From IMG/VR virus record IMGVR_UViG_3300004774_000007, positions 1 to 41,458 of that record: a DNA stretch of 41,458 nucleotides. One strand, written 5' to 3'. The position numbers and the translations under genes were made by a program. Below are positions 10,123 through 19,215 of this stretch, piece by piece. The DNA comes from a virus. Lineage: Duplodnaviria > Caudoviricetes. Numbering within the stretch: the first letter of the stretch is position 1; each line of letters opens with the position of its first letter. Under the pieces are notes generated by a model. That model ran no database searches. It was not told the DNA's origin and saw only the letters and a list, made by a program, of their open reading frames with translations.

Positions 10123-10493
10123 TAAGTAATTGCTTCGTAAGATGCAGTTAGTTCAATAGCAGAAGCAGTGCCCACAGTTACAACAATAGATTGCGCTTCT
10201 CCAAGATAAAAAGCTGTACTTTTATCCACAATAACAATTGCTGCATTTACAGGAACTGGCACTTGATAAATTAAACGATAATTTGTTCCGGCTCCTGCTG
10301 CTGCACTATTGATTGCTACTGTTACCGTTGCAGTTGCTGCTGTTACGTTTGACGCAACAATGTTGTCAATTTTGTTAACTGTACTTGTTGCAGGAGTCAA
10401 TGCAGTCCAGGTAGTTGCAGATGTTGTACTTGGTATCAAATAACTGGTATTACCGTAAATTGATGATACGTTAACAATATTTGGGTTTGCCAT
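10122..10493 (-). CDS. Conserved small beta-rich virion protein (MANPNIVNV...)
   Basis: 123 aa; operonic between the fibre and Gly-rich genes. Confidence 0.7.
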   Translation of the reverse strand: MANPNIVNVSSIYGNTSYLIPSTTSATTWTALTPATSTVNKIDNIVASNVTAATATVTVAINSAAAGAGTNYRLIYQVPVPVNAAIVIVDKSTAFYLGEAQSIVVTVGTASAIELTASYEAIT

Positions 10494-10495
10494 AA

Positions 10496-13400
10496 TTAAT
10501 ATCCAAAAATAAGAGCCATTGCTATAGATTTGCCAGTTGTTATGCCGCCACCACCACTACCGTTAGAAGCAGCTGTAATACGACCATAAGCATCAACAGT
10601 AATGTTTGCACTTGTATAACTAGCAGCCGTAACTGCCGTTGTTGCTAATGCAATCGTACCAGTAGTCGTAATCGTACCACCAGTCAGTCCCGTACCAGCA
10701 GTAATAGATGTTACTGTTCCTGATCCAGAAACGGTTGACCAAGTTGGTGCTGCTGATCCATTTGATGTAAGAACTTGACCAGAAGTACCGGCACCTGAAA
10801 AAGCGTAAGCAGTTCCAGTACCGTAAGAAATTCCACCAGCAGTAGGTGTTGCAGTAGAGTTTGTACCACCACGGCTAATAGCTATACCAGTTCCGTTCCA
10901 TGTTGCCGATGTAATAGAACCAGGATAATCAAACGTGTTTGTTGACCAAGATACATTAGAAGGTGCAAAGTTATGCAAATCCCATGATCCGGCAGCAGTT
11001 GCATTGCTTAACAAAATAACTTCAACAAAGCCACCAGACTGAACTGTTGCAATTGTAGTGCTTGAGTTATTTTTAACAACAATTGTTCCGCTAGATTGGT
11101 TATTGTTAAACGTGTAATTTATGCCATTAGCCAATGTTGTTGCATCAGGCAATTGATACGTTTGACCACCTGAACCAGTAACAACGTAATTAGGAGCAGA
11201 ACTTGCCGTTAATACTGTTGTAGTACCAGCAGCAGCAACGCTTGAAAATGATTCGCTAATTGAGTTAACTGTTATGTTTGCATTTGAATCTCGCAAAACA
11301 ATTGAGTTAGCACCAGAAGAAACGGTAACACCACTTCCACCATTTGCTACTGCAACTGTTCCAGTTACGTTAGCCGCATTACCACTGATGTTCCCGCTTA
11401 CTTGAGATCCTGGAAGGCTCAAAGCACTTAAAGTTGTCAATGTGCTATTGCTACTAGCAGTAATGTTTGCTGCCGTACCAGTAGTGTTTTGATTCCAAGT
11501 TGGAACCGTACCGGACAATTGAGAATAAGGCAAGCTCAACGCACTTAGGGTGGTTATCGTACTATTGGAAGAAGCCGTAATGTTTGCAGCAGTTCCAGTT
11601 GTGTTTTGATTTAACGTAGGAATGTCAGCAGCAACAATAGCCCTAAAAGTAGGAACACCAGCAGAGCCGTTAGGAGCAGCTAAAACATAATTGGCAGTTT
11701 TAGAAGCGTATGGGTTTAAAGTGTCTCCATAAGCAGCGGCTAAACTTATTGCAGGAGTTGCACCACCACTAGAAACAACAGGAGATGTACCTGTTACAGA
11801 AGTAACTGTACCTGAACCGGTTGCAGAAATTGTAATTGACCCTGAACCATTAGTAATGGTAATTCCCGTGCCAGCAGTCAATGTGCTTTTTGCAAGCGTA
11901 CTTCCAGTAGAGTTGCCAATTAGTAATTGACCATCTGTATAAGTAGTTTGACCAGTTCCTCCATTAGCAACCGCTACTGTTCCAGATACATTGGCTGCAT
12001 TGCCAGAAATATTGCCAGAAACTTGAGATCCTGGAAGGCTTAATGAGCTTAATGTAGTAAGCGTTGAATTACTGGTAGCTGTAATGTTTGCAGCAGTACC
12101 TGTAGTGTTCTGGTTTAAAGTAGGTATATCTGCGGAAAGAAGAGTTCTAAACGTTGGAACACCAGCAGCACCATTGGGAGCAATAAGTACAGCATTTGCT
12201 GTTTGACTTGCAAAGTTTGAAGCCGTAACCGAAAGAGTACCACCTAGTGTTAGGTTACCTGTTGTAGTTACCGTACCAGTTAAAGTTAAACCGCTTACTG
12301 TGCCGGTTCCAGCAACACTAGTAACTGTTCCTGTATTGTTTGTGTATCCGCTTGGATTGGATGCAGCATAAGCTCCAAGAGAAGTTAATGCAGCAGAGGC
12401 ACTTGTTGCACCCGTACCACCGTTAGCAATAGGTAACGCTGTCCCAGAATACGAAATATCAAGAGAACCGCTAGTAGTAATAGGGCTACCAGCTATTGAC
12501 AAAAATGATGGAACTGTAGCTGCAACTGAAGTAACTGTACCGCTACCCGCACCAATTGTTATTGGAAGTACGTTGTAGTACCAATCAGAAGCAGTTTGAA
12601 CGCTTACTCCTGTTTGCGCTACACAAGTAAATATACCTTTTGAATTTGCTGGTATTGTGGTTAAAGCATTTAAATTATTGTAAGTAGCAACGGTAATTGT
12701 TGTAGACGATTTATTAATAATTGTCCAAGTTTGACCTTTATATGTCGAAGCAGTTGACGATAAATAAATTGTCTGTGGAAGTAATCCAGTTACATATTGA
12801 ATAACATTAGAAAATTGGGTAAGTTGTACAGCAGTTATTGATGATGCTATTAAAGAATAAGTATTTCTTTCAATACCAGAAAGCGCTGTGTTACCAGGAA
12901 AACCAGATACTGAAATATCCCAAGTATTAGTTCCCAAGTAAGTTGCACGAGCTATTGAACCAATTAAAACATATTGAAGAAAAGTAGCGCCAGAATCTTT
13001 TAAGCTAATTAAACTAGATGTTGAGTTATTTTCAATTAAAAAATTGTATCCAATAGGCAAGCCATAAGAAGAGTCAGGTAAATTTATAGTTGTTGCAGAA
13101 GTACTTGAACCCGAAACATACTGATATGTAGCACTAGAACCAGTAAGAGTAGTGCTTCCACCAGCAGTTATTGAACCAAAACCAAGCTGTTGAATTCCTG
13201 CTCCAGCCAAACTGCTTGAACCTGTGCCGCCATTTGCTATTGGCAATACTCCTGTTACAGAGCTTGTTAAAGAAACACCTGTAATAGAACCGCCAAGCGT
13301 CAAGCTTCCTGTTGACGTTACTGTTCCACTAAGAGTTAATCCATTAACTGTACCTGTTCCAGCAACACTAGTAACTCCAGTATTAGCTACGGAAATAGAT

Positions 13401-13918
13401 CCTGCGCCATTGGTGATTGATATTCCAGTACCGGCAGTTAACGTTGCTTTTGACAGCGTATTACCTGTAGTGTTACCAATTAAAAGTTCTCCATTCAAAT
13501 AGCTTGTTTGACCAGAGCCACCATTGGCAACTGGCAAAGCTGTTCCAGAATACGATAATGCAAGTGCTCCACTTGATGTTATTGGAGAATTTGCTACTGA
13601 TAAAAAAGCTGGAGCAGTTAATCCTACTGAAGTAACAGTACCAACTCCACTTGAAGTAGAGTTAATAGTTTGATTAGGCCAAGTTCCTGTAATAGTTACA
13701 TTGGTTCCAGCTACCAATGCAGGAGTTGCTGTACCCGTACCTCCTTGGGCAACAGCAATTTGTCCAGAAATCATGGAACTAGTAATGTTTGGTGGGCCAC
13801 CTGTAGCAACAATTGATCCAGTTGTTGATGGTAACGTAAGAGTTACTGTCGTTGCTGAATCTGGTGCAACTATTTCTGTTGCCCCACCAAGAGCCGCTTG
13901 TAAAACAATTTTACCCAT
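10496..13918 (-). CDS. Long modular tail fibre (about 1140 aa)
   Basis: Many GTVTSV, ANGGTG and NQNTTGTAANITA repeats; ITVDAYGRITAAS motif; likely start MGKIVLQ at 13918. Confidence 0.8.
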   Translation of the reverse strand: MGKIVLQAALGGATEIVAPDSATTVTLTLPSTTGSIVATGGPPNITSSMISGQIAVAQGGTGTATPALVAGTNVTITGTWPNQTINSTSSGVGTVTSVGLTAPAFLSVANSPITSSGALALSYSGTALPVANGGSGQTSYLNGELLIGNTTGNTLSKATLTAGTGISITNGAGSISVANTGVTSVAGTGTVNGLTLSGTVTSTGSLTLGGSITGVSLTSSVTGVLPIANGGTGSSSLAGAGIQQLGFGSITAGGSTTLTGSSATYQYVSGSSTSATTINLPDSSYGLPIGYNFLIENNSTSSLISLKDSGATFLQYVLIGSIARATYLGTNTWDISVSGFPGNTALSGIERNTYSLIASSITAVQLTQFSNVIQYVTGLLPQTIYLSSTASTYKGQTWTIINKSSTTITVATYNNLNALTTIPANSKGIFTCVAQTGVSVQTASDWYYNVLPITIGAGSGTVTSVAATVPSFLSIAGSPITTSGSLDISYSGTALPIANGGTGATSASAALTSLGAYAASNPSGYTNNTGTVTSVAGTGTVSGLTLTGTVTTTGNLTLGGTLSVTASNFASQTANAVLIAPNGAAGVPTFRTLLSADIPTLNQNTTGTAANITATSNSTLTTLSSLSLPGSQVSGNISGNAANVSGTVAVANGGTGQTTYTDGQLLIGNSTGSTLAKSTLTAGTGITITNGSGSITISATGSGTVTSVTGTSPVVSSGGATPAISLAAAYGDTLNPYASKTANYVLAAPNGSAGVPTFRAIVAADIPTLNQNTTGTAANITASSNSTITTLSALSLPYSQLSGTVPTWNQNTTGTAANITASSNSTLTTLSALSLPGSQVSGNISGNAANVTGTVAVANGGSGVTVSSGANSIVLRDSNANITVNSISESFSSVAAAGTTTVLTASSAPNYVVTGSGGQTYQLPDATTLANGINYTFNNNQSSGTIVVKNNSSTTIATVQSGGFVEVILLSNATAAGSWDLHNFAPSNVSWSTNTFDYPGSITSATWNGTGIAISRGGTNSTATPTAGGISYGTGTAYAFSGAGTSGQVLTSNGSAAPTWSTVSGSGTVTSITAGTGLTGGTITTTGTIALATTAVTAASYTSANITVDAYGRITAASNGSGGGGITTGKSIAMALIFGY

Positions 13919-13925
13919 AATTTTC

Positions 13926-15005
13926 CTACGCAGCAATAATTAGATTTGAAACCGTTAACGTTCCGGTGCTTGGGTTAAATTTAAACTTTGAAGAACTTAC
14001 ATATTCTGCCGTTACGTTTCCACTTGTTGTATTTGAAAACAATGGGTAGCGAACAGCGTTTGTAGTTGTATCGTCAGTAATAGTTGCATAATTTGTTGAT
14101 GTATATCCATTTGGATTTGAAGCTGGATATGCTCCCAATGATGTCAACGCTGCGCTTGCAGTGGTAGCACCTGTACCACCATTTGCTATTGGTAAAGCAG
14201 TGCCAGAATAACTAATTGCTATTGTTCCAGAAGACGTTATTGGACTTCCAGTAACAGACAAAAAGGAAGGTACAGTTGTTGCTACAGATGTTACAGTTCC
14301 TTGAGGATTTGCGGCAGTGCTAATTCCAGTAACACGACCATAAGTGTCAATAGTTACTACAGGTATTAAAGTAGCTGATCCACTAGTACCGGCAGTAGCT
14401 ATTCCACTTGCTAAATCAACAACAGGAGTTGTTCCGCCTGTACTTGTAATACGCCCAGCTGTTCCTGTTACGGAATTAACATAAGTTCCCGCTGGTTGTT
14501 TAGCATTAAACGTTGTCCAATCTGCGGAACTTAACAATCCTCTATTAGTTGCAGAAGCAGTAGGAAGATTAAGTGTAATTACTGGTGTGGTTGTTGGATT
14601 GGCTACTGTTGAAGAAACATCTGTTCCAGAAGTTCCAAGAGTCAAAGCCGAAACATTAAAAACAGTTCCAGTACCAGAAGGAACTACAAATTGTCCTGGT
14701 GTAGACCAAGTAAACAATTGGTTTGATTTTGAATTTACAAGAGTAATTGAAACCCAAACTTTATTTGTTGGGCTTATTGGAGGGTAATTTGACCAACCTG
14801 TTGGAGGAGTTCCAATGTTTGTTGTAAAGTTCCATGATCCACCAGTTGGTGCTGTTAATGCCGTTGCCGATTCTTGAAATACAAACCACTCAAAATACGT
14901 TCCACCAAAAACTGTATTGTTTCCGTACAAACCAACGGATTCTGAACCTGATTGTGGAGCAACAGTTCCTGTAGAAGTACTGCCGTAAAGACCACCTGTA
15001 GCCAT
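13926..15005 (-). CDS. Short tail fibre/structural protein (359 aa)
   Basis: Shares the GTVTSV..SFLS..GSPIT..YSGTALPIANGGTG module with the long fibre. Confidence 0.75.
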   Translation of the reverse strand: MATGGLYGSTSTGTVAPQSGSESVGLYGNNTVFGGTYFEWFVFQESATALTAPTGGSWNFTTNIGTPPTGWSNYPPISPTNKVWVSITLVNSKSNQLFTWSTPGQFVVPSGTGTVFNVSALTLGTSGTDVSSTVANPTTTPVITLNLPTASATNRGLLSSADWTTFNAKQPAGTYVNSVTGTAGRITSTGGTTPVVDLASGIATAGTSGSATLIPVVTIDTYGRVTGISTAANPQGTVTSVATTVPSFLSVTGSPITSSGTIAISYSGTALPIANGGTGATTASAALTSLGAYPASNPNGYTSTNYATITDDTTTNAVRYPLFSNTTSGNVTAEYVSSSKFKFNPSTGTLTVSNLIIAA

Positions 15006-15014
15006 AATTAGTCC

Positions 15015-15998
15015 TTACTTGAACGAATAGCGATAGTTACGGGGCTGGAATTCACTGGTGAGATGCTGATCTCCACCACGCCATTTGCCTTTGAAGTTTT
15101 GATCTTCAATCAAACCGTAAGAGTCATCAAACCTAGAAATCCACTTTTGTGCTTCTTCAGTATTTTTGTTTTTATCGTAATATGCCCACAATGTACCATA
15201 GAAGTACCCTTCAGGAAATGACGCAAGTGCAGCATTATTCTGAACAATAGGATTTAACGAATCTGTTGTTGGGCTAAACAAAAATGGAAACGTTTGTTGG
15301 TAATACGCTTTGATGATTGTATTTTCACCAGGGTTGGGAGTGAATACATAGTTAGGCCCAACTTCAGAAAACGAAGCACGAATAACCCTTGGTACACCAA
15401 AAGGCTTAACGTACAGTTGGTCAATCATCCTGCGTCGAATAATTTCACGATCACCAACACGGTCATAAATAATCCAAGGGCCAACGTTTCCGGTGGTTGA
15501 TGGAGAAGTTGTACTGTAAGTTTCCTGAAAGAAAAGAATCGGCAGATTCATGTCTGACGGAATAGGAGCCAAACCTTGAGCGTTGACAGTCAGAATTGAA
15601 GGATTTGTCAGGCTATACGGATCGGTACGCAATGCGGGAAGCTCAATTGTCCGCATTTTTAACTCTGCCATCTGAATACATCCAAGGATTTCAACAGATG
15701 ATTGGGTTGGAATCTTTAGGATGGCTGTAGGAAGCGTTGCACCTAGCCAAATTCCGTCCGGATCGTTAACGGTGATGGTAGTGCTGCTTACTGCAGTAAC
15801 GGCGGTATACGGGCCTGTAACGGTTGGGCCAATAAAGTCGCCAACTAAAACTACGCTTGTAGGGTTTGCAGAAGTTGTGATTACACCAGTAGCGCTAACA
15901 AATGCAGTTGCATTGATGCTTACCGAGGAAGGAATTGCCCCCACCCATTGTGCTACTCGACTAACCAGAGCGTTAGCTGATTGGATGAAAAGGGCCAT
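15015..15998 (-). CDS. Head-tail adaptor (tubular protein A-like) with an inserted beta domain
   Basis: IQMAELKMR, F.PNP..KAYY and FPEGYFYGTL motifs; position after the capsid gene. Confidence 0.6.
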   Translation of the reverse strand: MALFIQSANALVSRVAQWVGAIPSSVSINATAFVSATGVITTSANPTSVVLVGDFIGPTVTGPYTAVTAVSSTTITVNDPDGIWLGATLPTAILKIPTQSSVEILGCIQMAELKMRTIELPALRTDPYSLTNPSILTVNAQGLAPIPSDMNLPILFFQETYSTTSPSTTGNVGPWIIYDRVGDREIIRRRMIDQLYVKPFGVPRVIRASFSEVGPNYVFTPNPGENTIIKAYYQQTFPFLFSPTTDSLNPIVQNNAALASFPEGYFYGTLWAYYDKNKNTEEAQKWISRFDDSYGLIEDQNFKGKWRGGDQHLTSEFQPRNYRYSFK

Positions 15999-16007
15999 AG
16001 TGTTTCC

Positions 16008-16514
16008 TTACTTGGTCGGAATAGCTGGATTATAAGGTAATGGAATTTTACCGCTAGGATGGCAAACAAAGTCGGAATAATACTCATTCACAATAGCGTA
16101 GAACAATATCTTGTCTTCTTTTACCTGCTTAATAAGTTCCCACGGACGATTACTAAACCACTTAGAACTGATCTCATGAGCAAAGCACTTTGGTAGCTCC
16201 ATTGCATGAAATGTTCCAGCAAAAAATGGGTTATCAGTACCGTGTTCTTTATAAAACTCACGCTTTTCTTTACAACCTTGTTTAATTGCTTCAACGTTTT
16301 TCTGGTCATACTGAACATACCTGGCTCCATTAATAGCGCCAATTTTGTAGTCAATATTCCTTGTGTTGAATGTTTGCGACCAAGTACCTGACTTGACCTC
16401 ATTAAACATCTTGTCGTTCTTTATCAATAATCCTTCAATGCCAGCCCCTAGATTACCCTTTGTGTAGTAATCCTCGTTGATTCGAGCTTCTTCATTGTTG
16501 AGATTTAATTCCAT
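16008..16514 (-). CDS. Hypothetical protein between capsid and adaptor
   Basis: GGAG RBS before ATG at 16514; protein-like composition. Confidence 0.7.
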   Translation of the reverse strand: MELNLNNEEARINEDYYTKGNLGAGIEGLLIKNDKMFNEVKSGTWSQTFNTRNIDYKIGAINGARYVQYDQKNVEAIKQGCKEKREFYKEHGTDNPFFAGTFHAMELPKCFAHEISSKWFSNRPWELIKQVKEDKILFYAIVNEYYSDFVCHPSGKIPLPYNPAIPTK

Positions 16515-16535
16515 ACTTTTCTCCATGACTTTCCA

Positions 16536-16560
16536 AAGGGAACCCTTTTGAGATTCCCTT
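16536..16560 (-). terminator. Stem-loop downstream of the major capsid gene (partial terminator or mRNA stabiliser)
   Basis: Minus strand AAGGGAATCT-CAAAA-GGGTTCCCTT with G-U pairs; U-tail is weak. Confidence 0.5.
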
Positions 16561-16579
16561 CAGAAAACCTCCGAAGAGA

Positions 16580-17737
16580 TTATGCCAAGTAACGCTTAAC
16601 TTGAGCTGATGGACGAGGGCCAGTAACGGCTGCTCCCGTTGGAGAAATGGCTGCAAGAACGCCGACGCCAGCAGGATTGCGGACGATCAGAGTTCCTTCC
16701 ATTATATATTGATCCAACGAAGCGTCAGCATTGCTGAATACTTCGTTGTTCGGGCCAAGTTCACGCAACGAACCCCACTGGATAACGTCAGGGTTCATGA
16801 ACAAAGCGGAGGTGTTATCCGAACCGGTTTGATCCATAACCCAGCTATCGTCGATCTGGTAGGTGTAGTTGAAGTCACCTTCGTAAGTACCAATCGTGTC
16901 GCCCTTGTCAGCAGGGTTAAAACGGTTGATAGAACGGCTTGTAGGCAACTGATCGCTGATGTGAGTACGCATCGACGTTGGGACTACCATGTTGGTAATC
17001 TTGGCGTTGAAACGTTGCTCGGCAACAGTAACCAACTGCTTGTACAGGAATGGGCTGAATTGTTGCAGCGTCACACCCGTGCTGAAGGTAAAGTAACCCA
17101 GACCGGAATTAGCCAAAACGCCGTTGAACGGGGTGTTGGTGTCAGTAGCGGTTGTGGTGTCAGTACCATCAGACGAAGCCAGGTTCAGAACCGAAGTGCC
17201 GTCCGTGTCATTGCCGGAACGAGTGCCAGCAAAGGCAAACAGCGAACCGAAACGACGACCGTTGTTGGGCGAAGAGCCTTGGCTTGCAGCTTGACCAGAG
17301 TATTTGATCGAAGCACCGTCAGCACGAAGCATCTGGAGTTCAACGTCAAACATAATCTCGGTCAATTGCTTGACTTCTTGGTACGCCTGGGGATCGCCAC
17401 CAGCTTGTTCAACGGCACGAGCAGTGCCAGTAGCACCGATAGTGGTCGTGAAAATCTGCGTGTAGTTGCCCAAGTTGGAACGGGTGTTGGAAGCGGCATC
17501 AGATGCAGCAACCGAAGCACCTTCCAGCTTTGCATTCAAAGCAGGGGTACGGAAGTAGTCATTGGGCCAAATGTGCAGAGTCGAATTGACTTTGCGCTTT
17601 TTGCTCATTGCCATGTTAGTAACCGGAGTACGGTCTTTAACATAGTTAGAAACGGTCAAGTCCAAGTCCTTAACCACGATGTCAGTTGCATAAGCACCTG
17701 CGCCATTGCCTAAAGCGGCAGAAGTAATAGTAGCCAT
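16580..17737 (-). CDS. Major capsid protein (DUF5309/SU10-type)
   Basis: HIWPND..., EG, NYTQIF..T...TGTA.AV and GTLIVRNP motifs; strong codon bias; follows the scaffold. Confidence 0.9.
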   Translation of the reverse strand: MATITSAALGNGAGAYATDIVVKDLDLTVSNYVKDRTPVTNMAMSKKRKVNSTLHIWPNDYFRTPALNAKLEGASVAASDAASNTRSNLGNYTQIFTTTIGATGTARAVEQAGGDPQAYQEVKQLTEIMFDVELQMLRADGASIKYSGQAASQGSSPNNGRRFGSLFAFAGTRSGNDTDGTSVLNLASSDGTDTTTATDTNTPFNGVLANSGLGYFTFSTGVTLQQFSPFLYKQLVTVAEQRFNAKITNMVVPTSMRTHISDQLPTSRSINRFNPADKGDTIGTYEGDFNYTYQIDDSWVMDQTGSDNTSALFMNPDVIQWGSLRELGPNNEVFSNADASLDQYIMEGTLIVRNPAGVGVLAAISPTGAAVTGPRPSAQVKRYLA

Positions 17738-17754
17738 GAGAAAACTCCTAAAGA

Positions 17755-18861
17755 TTAACGGCGGCGTTGTTTGTTAGCCGCCAACATTGTTGCCAAAAGA
17801 TCACGCGCTGCACCCTTATCGCCAGAAGCCGCTTTCTTTTGAAGCTCATCAGCCTTGTTCTCAGGTGAGGTCTTAGCTCTTGCCATCGGTTTACTAGCAG
17901 CAGCCAGTGAACCTCCAACATTGCGTACCTTTGGCCCTTCACGGAATTTAAGTCCGTCTCGGATCAAACTCAAAAGGTGTTCATCACTGGAAACAAGATC
18001 AATGTTCTTGACACCAGGTATGTAAGACCCTTCAGCACCCTTCCAGTCCTTTGCCAACTTGTCCCGAAGCTCGGTAAAGTTTGCTTTGTTGGCTAGTTCT
18101 TTATCAGAGAAGCTTTGTCGGGCAGTTTCAAGCTGCTGTTTGACAAATTCGCTCCTGTGAGCATAGAACTGTTCAACTTTAGGACGGTTCGCTTGAATGA
18201 ACTGCGATTTATCTTCAATTAACTTAGCGTTCTGTCGCATTGCTGCTTCAGCTTCGCTACGTTGAACCTCAGATGTCGCACTGTCGTAGATTTGCCGCCA
18301 TTGCTGGTTGTATTGTTGAAGGGTTACTAGCTCATCCGCTGCACTTTGCAACTGCGGAACAACTGTTAACTCTAAACCAATCTGCAAACCATCTAGTTCA
18401 CTCCTGCGTTTAGCCTCATACTCTTCAAAATCCGCTTTTTCAGCTTTAAGCTTACGAGCGTTTTCATGGATAGCACTACCTTGACCAAGGATAGCAGCAG
18501 CTTTTGATACGGGTATCTCAATAAAACCGCCTTCTGCGTCCTTATTGGGAATGCGCCACATCATGTCAGCATTCTGCTCTGCAAACTCTAGAAAATTAAT
18601 TGGATCGTTTACTCCATCGGAGGACTCACCGTTATCTTCTACGTTTACAGTTTCTTCAGTCTTTGTCGAACTACCTTCAGGTTCAACGCCTTCTTCAGGT
18701 GTTGCCTCGGGGGAAACTTTCGTTTCTTGTCCCGCTGGTGGTGGAGTGCTACCATTTGGTTGCGGATTGTTACGCCGGTTGGCGGCAATCATCGCAGCAA
18801 TGGCATCTGCCGGACTACCAGTTTGCTCAGGGGCGGTTGCTTCTGCAATTACGTCTGACAT
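17755..18861 (-). CDS. Capsid scaffolding protein
   Basis: Acidic disordered N-terminus and coiled coils; lies between portal and capsid. Confidence 0.8.
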   Translation of the reverse strand: MSDVIAEATAPEQTGSPADAIAAMIAANRRNNPQPNGSTPPPAGQETKVSPEATPEEGVEPEGSSTKTEETVNVEDNGESSDGVNDPINFLEFAEQNADMMWRIPNKDAEGGFIEIPVSKAAAILGQGSAIHENARKLKAEKADFEEYEAKRRSELDGLQIGLELTVVPQLQSAADELVTLQQYNQQWRQIYDSATSEVQRSEAEAAMRQNAKLIEDKSQFIQANRPKVEQFYAHRSEFVKQQLETARQSFSDKELANKANFTELRDKLAKDWKGAEGSYIPGVKNIDLVSSDEHLLSLIRDGLKFREGPKVRNVGGSLAAASKPMARAKTSPENKADELQKKAASGDKGAARDLLATMLAANKQRRR

Positions 18862-18877
18862 ATCTTATCCTATTTCG

Positions 18878-19213
18878 TTAAGTTTCGGCTTTTCTATTAG
18901 CCATCTTGACGAGATATTCATTTTTTTCGATGAAATCAATGAAGTCTCGAGCGCCAGCAACATAATATGCGTTGCCTATTCTTTCTGAATCGTCCTTACT
19001 TTCCTCTAGACGCTCCAATATGTGAAACCTATACAGGTTAAACATTAATGCAAAATCTTCGTTACGAAGCAAACGGGAAGCACATTCCCCGTTTTCCATT
19101 ATGAGGGCTTTTCGACTTGCACTAACCTCCTTATTTGTATCTGTTGCTCTGGTACGCTTATTAAAGTAAGCGCGTATATTCGATACTAACCTTTTGGGCT
19201 CTATGCTATACAT
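18878..19213 (-). CDS. Conserved small protein between portal and scaffold
   Basis: A.RLL.NEDF-type helical protein; synteny. Confidence 0.65.
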   Translation of the reverse strand: MYSIEPKRLVSNIRAYFNKRTRATDTNKEVSASRKALIMENGECASRLLRNEDFALMFNLYRFHILERLEESKDDSERIGNAYYVAGARDFIDFIEKNEYLVKMANRKAET

Positions 19214-19215
19214 TA

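Noticed and set aside
16709-17713. 334-aa antisense ORF over the capsid gene
   Set aside because: Codon-register shadow of a strongly biased gene; no RBS or recognisable motifs
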